Assembly (NCBI GenBank): GCA_945897365.1
Contig: CAMDFD010000008.1
Coordinates: 1-32,000 of the forward strand
Length of the DNA stretch: 32,000 nt
Origin: Bordetella parapertussis
GTDB lineage: Bacteria; Pseudomonadota; Gammaproteobacteria; Burkholderiales; Burkholderiaceae_B
Direction: 5' to 3'
This document shows positions 1-7,908 of this stretch, piece by piece. Below the pieces are notes generated by a model. The model was not told the DNA's origin, ran no database searches, and worked only from the letters and a program-made list of their open reading frames with translations. The position numbers were made by a program, and so were the translations under genes. Each line of letters begins with the position of its first letter. The first letter of the stretch is position 1.

Positions 1-2079
1 GCTGTAGTTGGTGGGGAGATTGCCGCTATAGGTTAATGCTGTAGTAGATGGGGAAGAACCATTACCGCCTTGGGCGTTGTTTAGTAAGCCGATGATGCCA
101 TCGTTATAAATTCCGATGCCTTCTTCAGCCGAGATTGTTCCCGAGTTGGTTAGGGTGTTGATGGTGCCAACGTTATAAATTCCAGCGTCTCCACCGGTGA
201 TCATGTATGAGTTGCTGAGGATTCCAATGGTAGAGTCGTTATTCAGGACTCCATAAAGCTCGCCGAAGATCGCGCCAAAGTTATTCAGTACATTGATGGT
301 GCTACTATTGGAATTACCAATTCCATAATCTCCACCAGAGATCGCGGCTCCCGAAAAATTATTCAGTGTTCCGATGATTGAGTTATTGTTATAAATTCCA
401 AAGCCTCCACCTCCACCTAAAATTGCCCCAGAGTTGTTCAGCGTGGAGATAGTAGAGTTCTCATTACTAATGCCATCAAACCCGCCGGAGATTGTGCCCG
501 AGTTGTTTAGGCTATTAATGATGGCGTCTATATAGTTAAGAATTCCGACTCCGCCTCCTTCGTCCGTGATCGTGCCCGAGTTGGTGATGGTATCGATGAA
601 ACCCAGATTAAGAATTCCGTATCCACCCACACCGGCCGAAATCGTACCCGAGTTAGTTAGTGTGCCGATGCTGCCGATGTTCTCGTTAGTAATTCCTCTT
701 CCATTATCTCCAGCTGAGATTGTGCCTGAGTTGGTGATGGTATCGATGGTGCCAAAGTTATCAATTCCGTATCCATTATCTCCAGCTGAGATTGTGCCTG
801 AGTTGGTGATGGTATCGATGGTGCGATTGTTATAAATTGCGTATCCATTATCTCCAGCAGAAATCGCGCTTGAGTTATTTAGAGTCGCGATGATGCCGTT
901 ATTGAGAATGCCAAACAAACCACCAGAGATGGTGCCGGAGTTATCTAGCGTGGTGAGGGTGCCTTGATTATTAATTGCGGATCCACTCACCCCAGCTGAG
1001 ATTGTGCCGGAGTTGTTCAGCGTGGCGATCGTAGCACTAGAATCATTAACGAGTCCATGGGTTACTCCGAAAATCGTACCTGAGTTATTAAGAGCATTAA
1101 TGGTATTGATGTTAGCAACCCCATATCCAATAACTCCAGCAGTTGAGATCTCACCGGAGTTATTCAATGTCGTAATTTCGCCCTCATTAAGAACGCCATA
1201 TCCACCATCTCCAGCGGAAATCTCGCCCGAATTATTATTTAGAGTGGTGATGGTGCCAACGTTATAAATTCCAGCTCCAATGACTCCGGTCGAGATCGCA
1301 CTGGAATTGTTTAGGGTGGTGATGGTGCTATAGTTAATAATCCCGACTCCCTCATCTCCCGCCGAGATCGTGCCAGAATTGGTTAAGGCGGTAAAGGTGC
1401 TCCGGTTATCGATTCCCACTCCGCCTAATCCAGCCGATATCGTATCCGAGTTATTCAGCATGTTGATAGTGCCCTCGTTATAAATTCCGATCCCAAGGAC
1501 TCCGGTCGCGATCCTATTGGAATTGTTTAGAGTGGCGATGGTACCGAAGTTTTGAATTCCTCTTCCATAATCATAATCAGCAGAAATCTCACCTGAGTTA
1601 TTCAAGGTGCTTATTGTTCCGCCGACAAAGTTTGTGATGCCCTGGTCCTGCCCAGAGATCTCTCCACTCGCCAAGTTATTTAAATTGCCAATGGCATAAA
1701 AGTTGCTAATACCATTTCCGATGCCGCGAATGAGTCCACTATTGTTTAAAGTCGAAATAGTTCCTTCGTTATCGATCCCTGAATAGATTGTTCCATCAAT
1801 TTGGCTACCAACGCTATTGGTCAAAATGCCAATGCTACTGCTCGTTGTTTGATTTAATATGCCCCAATTGCCATAAATTGAAACGCTTGGTTCAATGGTT
1901 ATTGCGCTCTTTGTGGTTCCAGATATAACTAAATCACGGCAGTTAGTTGAAATGACTAAAGGATTGGAATCTAAATCACATGTAGGAAAGCCGTTTGCGT
2001 AGGCTTGATTAGAAAACCAGCTACCGCCAAGCCAAAACAGACTGATGGCGAGATACTTTATTGGCGATTGAATTTTCAT
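1..2079 (-). CDS. Exported repetitive beta-helix / autotransporter-passenger-like protein, N-terminal 693 codons (the gene continues beyond the window start)
   Basis: The reverse-strand ATG at 2079-2077 gives MKIQSPIKYLAISLFWLGGSWFSNQAYA, which is signal-peptide-like. More than 25 copies of a ~24-aa unit follow (G-I-x-N-x-G-T-I-x-T-L-N-N-S-G-T-I-S-A-G). By my hand translation the frame stays open to position 1, and no complete ORF in this frame appears in the track. The gene is missing from the track because it is open-ended. Confidence 0.75.
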   Translation of the reverse strand, partial: MKIQSPIKYLAISLFWLGGSWFSNQAYANGFPTCDLDSNPLVISTNCRDLVISGTTKSAITIEPSVSIYGNWGILNQTTSSSIGILTNSVGSQIDGTIYSGIDNEGTISTLNNSGLIRGIGNGISNFYAIGNLNNLASGEISGQDQGITNFVGGTISTLNNSGEISADYDYGRGIQNFGTIATLNNSNRIATGVLGIGIYNEGTINMLNNSDTISAGLGGVGIDNRSTFTALTNSGTISAGDEGVGIINYSTITTLNNSSAISTGVIGAGIYNVGTITTLNNNSGEISAGDGGYGVLNEGEITTLNNSGEISTAGVIGYGVANINTINALNNSGTIFGVTHGLVNDSSATIATLNNSGTISAGVSGSAINNQGTLTTLDNSGTISGGLFGILNNGIIATLNNSSAISAGDNGYAIYNNRTIDTITNSGTISAGDNGYGIDNFGTIDTITNSGTISAGDNGRGITNENIGSIGTLTNSGTISAGVGGYGILNLGFIDTITNSGTITDEGGGVGILNYIDAIINSLNNSGTISGGFDGISNENSTISTLNNSGAILGGGGGFGIYNNNSIIGTLNNFSGAAISGGDYGIGNSNSSTINVLNNFGAIFGELYGVLNNDSTIGILSNSYMITGGDAGIYNVGTINTLTNSGTISAEEGIGIYNDGIIGLLNNAQGGNGSSPSTTALTYSGNLPTNYS
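701..916. repeat. Three consecutive 72-bp tandem units inside the repetitive gene
   Basis: The units start at 701, 773 and 845. Segments 701-752 and 773-824 are identical over 52 nt. More diverged 72-bp (24-codon) units fill most of ~100-1700. Confidence 0.85.
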
Positions 2080-2180
2080 GAATATCCAAGGGTTTAAATA
2101 TTTCTATATTTAATAACTGTCTGGCTGCCACGCCTTACTTAAAATACTATAAAAATTAAGAGGTGTTGGGAGCGGAATTA

Positions 2181-2199
2181 ATGTCTTTTTAAAGGACAT
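2181..2199. repeat. Degenerate copy of the 20-bp palindromic motif (ATGTCTTTTTAAAGGACAT)
   Basis: It matches 17 of 20 positions of the consensus ATGTCCTTTCAAAAGGACAT, with one deleted base. It lies ~200 bp outside the tRNA-Phe repeat at 2400. Confidence 0.45.
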
Positions 2200-2363
2200 T
2201 ACACGAAAAGGATACTCCCTTCAATTGCGGGCGGATAGTAAGAGCGGTCAAGTAGGACCCAATATCACCACTTGTAAGGTCAACACTCTGACTTCAGATA
2301 AGCTACGCTGAATCTAGGTAGGTAACCATCCGTTACTTTAGGGACAAATGGCTAGGGTGGAAA

Positions 2364-2390
2364 TGAAAAAAGAGAGCTAGAAGCTCTCTT
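2364..2390 (-). terminator. Rho-independent terminator that would follow the displaced tRNA-Phe 3' end
   Basis: An 8-bp stem AGAGAGCT/AGCTCTCT (2371-2378 / 2382-2389) has a 3-nt loop. On the minus strand a T-run follows it (complement of the A-run at 2364-2370). Confidence 0.55.
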
Positions 2391-2399
2391 TTTGAATCT

Positions 2400-2447
2400 T
2401 GGTGGCCCGGGGCGGAATCGAACCACCGACACAAGGATTTTCAATCC
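2400..2447 (-). repeat. 48-nt copy of the 3' end of tRNA-Phe (distal att-type repeat of the island stack)
   Basis: TGGTGGCCCGGGGCGGAATCGAACCACCGACACAAGGATTTTCAATCC is identical to 18561-18608 of the intact gene. It runs from the CCA end into the anticodon loop, and the sequence diverges immediately afterwards. Confidence 0.9.
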
Positions 2448-2802
2448 CGTACTCACCGTCTTTAGACTATAGATTTCAAACGGTTAAGTCACCCCGTAAA
2501 AATGTCGCGCACAATTTGTGCTTATAAATCATGATGTTGGGGCGGGTCGTGAAAACTGTGAGCACATATTGTGGCAGCGTTTGCGAAATTGCTCAAGCAA
2601 AAATGTGTAACGAAAAATTGGGCGGGCGCTGCGGCATTGGATCGACGCTGCTGAAATCTGCCGCATATTTCCCACACTTCGCAGCCCCTTGTCGGTCACA
2701 CCTTATGTAGGTCGTCCAAAGGCAGCAATGGGCATAAACTTTGAGTAGCGACTGAGATTTCGATACAGCCCCGATTGGGGAGTAACAGTGCAAACGACTG
2801 CG

Positions 2803-2985
2803 TCAAATTTGCGCCGCAGCTGCCCGTTGTAATTTCTTTTGAGCGGCTTGCACTTGTTGACGCTTGCGCTCAGCCTTAACAGCCACTTGTGCGCGGTCTA
2901 CATTCTGTTTCAGCACTGCAATTCTTGCCTGTGCTGGAGTTTGTGGCAGTTGGGGTTTGATTGTTGTGACTTCGTAAATCAGCAT
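2803..2985 (-). CDS. Small basic hypothetical protein (60 aa, Ala/Gln/Lys-rich, probably helical)
   Basis: An ATG is preceded by GGAGAG at a 5-nt spacing. The gene lies just downstream of, and on the same strand as, the 146-aa gene. I recognise no family. Confidence 0.45.
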   Translation of the reverse strand: MLIYEVTTIKPQLPQTPAQARIAVLKQNVDRAQVAVKAERKRQQVQAAQKKLQRAAAAQI

Positions 2986-3009
2986 TGGTCTCTCCGTTGC
3001 TGTATTTAC

Positions 3010-3039
3010 TCAACTGTCGTGTAACACGACACTTCAACA
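3010..3039. repeat. Inverted-repeat partner A with palindromic core GTCGTGTAACACGAC (3016-3030)
   Basis: Its reverse complement matches 15751-15783 at about 30 of 33 positions (TGTTGAA..GTCGTGTTACACGACA..GTTGA). Confidence 0.6.
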
Positions 3040-3051
3040 ACAGGGTTGTTA

Positions 3052-3072
3052 AGCGTCCCGTTACAGGACGCT
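3052..3072. repeat. CGTCC-N7-GGACG palindrome, copy i (AGCGTCCCGTTACAGGACGCT)
   Basis: A perfect 7-bp inverted repeat AGCGTCC/GGACGCT surrounds CGTTACA. Related copies lie at 14341-14363 and 15548-15570. Confidence 0.6.
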
Positions 3073-3077
3073 TGCAC

Positions 3078-3515
3078 TCAACGCTTAAAGCCAGAACGCA
3101 GCGCACCGCTAGCGGATTCAATTTGAGCATCAAGCTCGCCAGTCTCAACGGCAGTTTTAATAATCTGCAGTATCCCTACTAGATGATCTGCAGCGCCAAC
3201 TTCGACGGTGGCTTTGCCTTTTGCTAGCTCAAGCTGTTTTGCACCATAACGTACAGTTAAACAAACTTTGCCATCTGTATTGGTCCACCACATGGGACGA
3301 ACACGCCGCTGTATTTCAACAGTCTTACGGCTGCCATCTTCACTGGCGACAGTTTTGAAACGAGTTGTGTTGTATGTCTGCCCTTGTTGTTGAGCAAGTG
3401 CCAACTGGATTTGATCAGCAAGTTTGCCAGCTAATTTATTGCGACGAATCTGGATAGGTGCCAATGCGGCTGTGCGTTTGGTATTACTCAACTTCAAATT
3501 TGCGAGTGCACTCAT
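3078..3515 (-). CDS. Conserved-looking hypothetical protein (146 aa from the internal ATG)
   Basis: The tracked ORF is 3078-3653. The ATG at 3515 (MSALANLKLSNTK...) has AGGAAA upstream, and the 46-codon N-terminal extension looks non-coding. I vaguely recall ~145-aa proteins of this type from proteobacterial islands but cannot name a family reliably. Confidence 0.65.
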   Translation of the reverse strand: MSALANLKLSNTKRTAALAPIQIRRNKLAGKLADQIQLALAQQQGQTYNTTRFKTVASEDGSRKTVEIQRRVRPMWWTNTDGKVCLTVRYGAKQLELAKGKATVEVGAADHLVGILQIIKTAVETGELDAQIESASGALRSGFKR

Positions 3516-3664
3516 TATGTATTTCCTAGATGTTGATTGGGCACACACAGACTGTATTTTCATATCGCCGACAAGGTCGATCAATTTCACCAAAATGCCA
3601 TAGAAAACTAAGAAATCAGGCTGTTTTTCGTATAGAAATATTTGGTCAGGCATAAATAATTGCG

Positions 3665-3857
3665 AGTTGCTTAGTGAGTTGCATTAGGTTGCTTGAAGAA
3701 AGAAGTTGCTTGTTACTAGTTACTTGTTACTGCTGTGGGACAAATGAGTAGCTCTGACTGCAACGCAGCTACTCGTGCAACCCCAGTCACTCAGTGACAG
3801 GCAACCCGCGACAAGCGACTTCTTTTGTTCCCTGCGACTTCTCGCAACTAATGCAAC
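3665..3857. promoter_or_regulatory. Divergent intergenic control region with dyad-arranged pentamer arrays
   Basis: RGTTGC occurs at 3665, 3677, 3687 and 3704. GTTAC occurs three times at 7-bp spacing (3712, 3719, 3726). An 8-bp-stem hairpin lies at 3746-3753/3767-3774. The complementary GCAAC occurs at 3760, 3777, 3801, 3844 and 3853. Confidence 0.4.
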
Positions 3858-3893
3858 CACTGCGACCAATCCATATTCTTAAAGGAGAAACAA

Positions 3894-4343
3894 ATGGAGA
3901 AGGAAATCGCGGTTCGTTTATTCGAAAACAAAAAGTTAGGAACTACATATGGCAAAGGCCTTTATCGATCAGCAGTACTAAATGCCAGCGTTGAGATTAA
4001 AGATCCGCACGTGAAATATTTATTAGATTTTTATCAATTCGACCGCTGGCAGCACACGGCCACGACAGATAATCAAATTGCCATGCTTGACCAAGTGGCT
4101 GAGCATTGTTCGTCAACAGATTTGACCAGTTGGGTGACACGCTACAACCCAACAACAAAGGAAAAAACGCCAGTCCAAGGAATAGCGATCTTGGATGAGC
4201 AAAGCCAAATGCTTCGAGTGATTGTGATTGATCCAGAGTTCAACATGGAGGATTCGTGGATCTTACCTGTTAGGGCTTGTAGCGTGACTCGCAACAATTC
4301 ACCCAGCTTGATTGCGACCAATACAGAATTGGCTAGTTGGTAG
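3894..4343 (+). CDS. Hypothetical protein (149 aa)
   Basis: An ATG has AAGGAG 8 nt upstream. The composition is protein-like. I recognise no motif. Confidence 0.6.
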   Translation: MEKEIAVRLFENKKLGTTYGKGLYRSAVLNASVEIKDPHVKYLLDFYQFDRWQHTATTDNQIAMLDQVAEHCSSTDLTSWVTRYNPTTKEKTPVQGIAILDEQSQMLRVIVIDPEFNMEDSWILPVRACSVTRNNSPSLIATNTELASW

Positions 4344-4462
4344 AAAAAAGCTCTTACACAGAGAAGTGCACAGACAAAGTCTTCGAGATAAATGCGAATT
4401 GTTAGTAATTCAATTACTCAATTAAATCGTTCTGTGTAAGAGTCCATTTTGAACATAAATTT

Positions 4463-4720
4463 TTAGAAGAACCACCAAATCCAAGTTCCGATTACATAAA
4501 AAATTCCAGAACCAAGAGAAGAAGCAATCATTTGAAAAATACCAGTTTTAACTTCACCCTTGACCATAACAATGATCGATAGAATGAATGCGACATTCGT
4601 GAGTACCAAACCCACTATGCCCAAGCCTGTTATCGGAATTAAGAAGCATGCCCAAGCAATTAGAACTGTGATCCAACCGGCTCTTACTGGAGGTTCCATT
4701 ACTTTTGAAGGAATACTCAT
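4463..4720 (-). CDS. Small membrane protein (85 aa, ~3 hydrophobic helices)
   Basis: The ATG at 4720 (MSIPSK...) is preceded by GGGAGAG; the track's start at 4732 is a TTG. Three long hydrophobic stretches are present. Confidence 0.6.
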   Translation of the reverse strand: MSIPSKVMEPPVRAGWITVLIAWACFLIPITGLGIVGLVLTNVAFILSIIVMVKGEVKTGIFQMIASSLGSGIFYVIGTWIWWFF

Positions 4721-5230
4721 TGTCTCTCCCAAATATTTTATTAATCAGTATTTTTCCAATAAATGCCAAAATAAAAACCAAAATCAATTTAGCATTCAAT
4801 TCTAAAAACAACAATTAATTTGTGATTTTTGATGGTTTTCATTTCATGACTTTCTGTTGGGTAAATGTCTGGTGCTATTGGCTACGAAACTGGGTTTCTA
4901 ACTGAAATCTTAATTAGCGCCCTGTAAAAAAAGCCCTACAAGCAAAGATCAAGCTCGTTTGAATATCAACACAGCTGGCTCGATAAATAACTGCTTGTAG
5001 GGCTCTGAATTTTCTGCAAAATCTTCGTGGGAAAAGAGCCACAAAACGGCAATTATGAGAACCAAAGGTAATTCGTATTTGCTTTGGTTCTGTACTTATA
5101 TAACCGCTAAGTCGTTGAATTCTGGGAGAAATCACACATGCTAGGTATCAACAAGAAACAGGTCGTCCAAAAATTAAAAAGAAATTACGCTTATTCCATA
5201 GCAATGCTTTGGTTAAGGAAGAAGCCCAAA

Positions 5231-5806
5231 ATGAGCAAACAAGCAAAGACGTTAACACCACAAGATTTGCGCCGTGTAATGGACTATGTAGCAACCCGTC
5301 CACACGCAGCCCGCAATCGTGCGATTGTTTTAATGATGTTTTACGCAGGGCTTCGCGTTGGAGAAACAGCCAGCTTGCGGTTACAGGATGTGATCGACGC
5401 AAATGGGCAAGTTCGCGATGAATTCGTACTGCGACCAGATCAAACCAAAGGTCGTCAAAGCAGAACAGTATTTGTCAGTGAGAAATTAAAGCGTGAATTG
5501 ACTGTGTACATCGCAGCAACAAAGACCCTGCATCCCAACGATAAGCTGTTTTACACACAGAAGAACTTGTGTGATGGCTTTAGTGCCAACACGCTGACGC
5601 AACACTTGTTTTGGATGTACCGTCGTGCAGGTATACAGGGAGCTAGTAGTCATTCGACACGTCGTACATTCATTACCAATTTAGCTGCGCAAGGGATCTC
5701 CGTTCGTGTACTGGCTAGCTTGGCTGGACACGCCAGCATAGCCACTACCCAAGCCTATATCGATGTAAATGATGACCAGAAGCGTAAGGCAGTGGAATTG
5801 GTGTGA
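5231..5806 (+). CDS. Short tyrosine recombinase (191 aa, catalytic domain only, FimB/FimE-like size)
   Basis: Motifs are RPHAARNRAIVLMMFYAGLRVGE (Arg I), HSTRRTF (His-x-x-Arg), LAGHASIATT and QAYIDV (Tyr nucleophile). There is no N-terminal SAM-like core-binding domain. The ATG at 5231 has AAGGAAG upstream; an alternative ATG lies at 5138. Confidence 0.85.
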   Translation: MSKQAKTLTPQDLRRVMDYVATRPHAARNRAIVLMMFYAGLRVGETASLRLQDVIDANGQVRDEFVLRPDQTKGRQSRTVFVSEKLKRELTVYIAATKTLHPNDKLFYTQKNLCDGFSANTLTQHLFWMYRRAGIQGASSHSTRRTFITNLAAQGISVRVLASLAGHASIATTQAYIDVNDDQKRKAVELV

Positions 5807-5852
5807 TGTCCGTTCAAAAGGACAAAACCATATTATCCTTTCAAAAGAACAT
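5806..5852. repeat. Tandem pair of the 20-bp palindromic motif (copies 2a and 2b)
   Basis: Copy 2a is ATGTCCGTTCAAAAGGACAA (5806-5825) and copy 2b is TTATCCTTTCAAAAGAACAT (5833-5852). Copy 2a begins on the last base of the recombinase stop codon. Copy 2b ends 6 nt from the stop of the convergent gene. Confidence 0.8.
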
Positions 5853-5858
5853 AACCAT

Positions 5859-6866
5859 CTATGCCAATAGATCGCTGCTGCCGTCTAAGAACGCAGGGAG
5901 TCGTCTGCGTACTTTGCTGTCTGGCATTCTATATTCGTTATCTAGACGATTGCGTCTAATGACCTCTGATTTCAGCTCAGTTAAATATGTCTCTGTCAGC
6001 CACACCTGCCAAGCAGACGTATTTGTAGCATAAGTACTCACAGCAGCTTTAAAGTCTTTTTGATGCTTGGCTCCGAAAGGGGCGTAATCATCAGGTAGGA
6101 CTATCTTGCTGTTGTTGGGAAAAGAACCACGCTCCACATTCAACAGAGTTCGTTCAGCTTTGTACAGGTAACGACCTGTCAGGCTATGCAATTTATCGAA
6201 TGGGCTACTGCCTGTATTAAATGCAATACGTTCTGCTGTTCTTACCTTGAGACTAGGGGCGATTTGTAGCCTATCCCCAATTCGCCAGATCTCCGTGCGT
6301 GGATACAGCAGTCGGTACAGCAACACCAAGTATTCAATTTCCAGTGTTCGCAGCCTGAAGCGTTTGGTGTGCAGCCTAAGAAGCGCATTACTCCTCTCGA
6401 CTACATTGAGATCGCGTCCCCGATGCCTTGGCACACCGTCAATCTGTTGCTCCAACAGGTCTTTGAGTTGTTTGAAGATGGTGGCTTTGCGTATGGTCAG
6501 CGGAATTTCAACGATCAAGCTGTTTTCATACAGCTCGATCTGAGCGTCAGTATTTGTTGGCTCAAGATCGACAGTACGCACTTTGGCTGGACGTTTAGCT
6601 TCGGCAAATACCGCACTACCTGTTGCCGCCCACCACTGGCTAAACCACCGTAAGGATAAGTCGCCAGCCCTTTCATATGCTTCAGCAACCACAGGGTCTG
6701 TAGGCGTAACGCTGGCGTGGCGTGCGTACCAATAAACTGGACTTAGCCGTAGGAACTGCCACCACCAGAAATAAACACTCCTCTCGGCATCGTGAGCCAG
6801 CAGCGTGTCATCAGTACGTGTAAATCCGGGCAAGCCTTTGAAAAAAGGATGTTTTTTTATTTCCAT
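5859..6866 (-). CDS. Hypothetical protein (335 aa) with a Trp-rich N-terminal segment
   Basis: This is a long ATG-initiated ORF with the distinctive stretches YFWWWQFLRLSPVYWYA and WFSQWW. I cannot assign a family. Confidence 0.7.
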   Translation of the reverse strand: MEIKKHPFFKGLPGFTRTDDTLLAHDAERSVYFWWWQFLRLSPVYWYARHASVTPTDPVVAEAYERAGDLSLRWFSQWWAATGSAVFAEAKRPAKVRTVDLEPTNTDAQIELYENSLIVEIPLTIRKATIFKQLKDLLEQQIDGVPRHRGRDLNVVERSNALLRLHTKRFRLRTLEIEYLVLLYRLLYPRTEIWRIGDRLQIAPSLKVRTAERIAFNTGSSPFDKLHSLTGRYLYKAERTLLNVERGSFPNNSKIVLPDDYAPFGAKHQKDFKAAVSTYATNTSAWQVWLTETYLTELKSEVIRRNRLDNEYRMPDSKVRRRLPAFLDGSSDLLA

Positions 6867-6996
6867 TTCATAACTGTAACAACTTTATCAATTATTCGAA
6901 AGTATCTGTTACGAATGACAAAATGCTCTTCATCGATGAGGCACAAACAACGGCACTTTCGCCACAACCGCCGAGTCGATAATTTGGAGAGTAAAA

Positions 6997-7851
6997 ATGA
7001 CTACAACCTTCGCGCAGTCCCCCGTCCTGACCACAGCAGTATCGGGCAACAAAAGTGCTGCAATGCAGCAAAATATCGTAGGTGAACAAAAGGTCGCTAA
7101 TTTGATATCGACTCAGCAAGCCAATTCGATGCGTCAGCGTATCGAGCAGTTGGCTGTGGAAGTTAGTGTTTGGGAAACAGGCGCATACACTGATTCAAAC
7201 AAGATCCTTTATGGCTTGTTGCAAAAGTCGTATGCCCTGTACTTAGATCTGACCAACAACGCGGATGGCAATCTCAAGCACCGCAAACAGGGCTTGGCTG
7301 ACTACTTGTCGCTTTCGGGTATGAGTGGTTATGAGGACAAGCCCTTGCCACAGCGCATCATTGCTTGCGTGTTTGGCAAGCGTGACCGTCGTCGTATGTC
7401 AACCTATCACGTGGTCCTGCGCTACATCATTGCTCAAAAATGGGACGTGGCAGCTGTGCCAGCAAACATCGCAGCTGCGGGTGGTGTACAGGAAATCTCG
7501 CTGGGGCGTCCTTCAGGCAGTTTGACAGCTAAGGAAAAGGCTGCGGTCGCAGGCCGACAGATCAATCAAACAGTGCTTGCAACTGTTCACGGCGCAGAGC
7601 TTGTCAAAACTTTTAATCCTGATTACTCAGGCGAGCAGTTTGCTGCGGTGTTGACACAAGAAGCAGATGGCAGCTTCAGCATTCACTGTGTGGTCAAGAG
7701 CACTACAGCGGTCAACGCAGCTTTGTCAGCTTATTTCGCAGCCAACAAAGATCAACTCAAGCAGGCGATTGATCAACAACAGGCAGCCAAAGCACAGGCC
7801 AATTTGGATGAGCTTAAAGCTGCAGCCGTCAATCACCCACTCGCAGCTTAA
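6997..7851 (+). CDS. Hypothetical protein (284 aa) with an Ala/Gln-rich, coiled-coil-like C-terminus
   Basis: An ATG has GGAGAG 6 nt upstream. It is divergent from the 335-aa gene and followed 45-57 nt later by the AAA+ gene. I recognise no catalytic motif. Confidence 0.7.
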   Translation: MTTTFAQSPVLTTAVSGNKSAAMQQNIVGEQKVANLISTQQANSMRQRIEQLAVEVSVWETGAYTDSNKILYGLLQKSYALYLDLTNNADGNLKHRKQGLADYLSLSGMSGYEDKPLPQRIIACVFGKRDRRRMSTYHVVLRYIIAQKWDVAAVPANIAAAGGVQEISLGRPSGSLTAKEKAAVAGRQINQTVLATVHGAELVKTFNPDYSGEQFAAVLTQEADGSFSIHCVVKSTTAVNAALSAYFAANKDQLKQAIDQQQAAKAQANLDELKAAAVNHPLAA

Positions 7852-7908
7852 ACAAATCGGGGGGGCGCAAGCCCTCCCAATAATCTGAACTAAAAATTGG
7901 AGAACACT

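Noticed and set aside
566-1267. Track ORFs 566-835(+), 657-848(-) and 1004-1267(+) have repetitive PELV/IVPEL-type translations.
   Set aside because: They are out-of-frame or opposite-strand readings of the 72-bp repeat units. The only frame open across the whole region is the minus-strand frame starting at 2079.
3516-3653. The track's start gives a 46-codon N-terminal extension to the 146-aa protein.
   Set aside because: The extension has no ribosome-binding site and an odd composition. The internal ATG at 3515 has a Shine-Dalgarno-like AGGAAA and gives a typical MSAL.. start.
4932-5004. The 13-bp perfect inverted repeat just upstream of the Fim-like recombinase gene could mark an invertible promoter switch.
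   Set aside because: The arms are separated by only 47 bp, far shorter than known recombinase-driven invertible segments. The A-run/T-run context fits an RNA hairpin better. It is kept only as a low-interest structural note.
5138-5230. The upstream ATG at 5138 would give the short recombinase 31 extra residues.
   Set aside because: The extra residues are not part of any recombinase domain, and the ATG at 5231 has the better AAGGAAG site. This is not fully excluded, because 5138 also has GGGAGA upstream.
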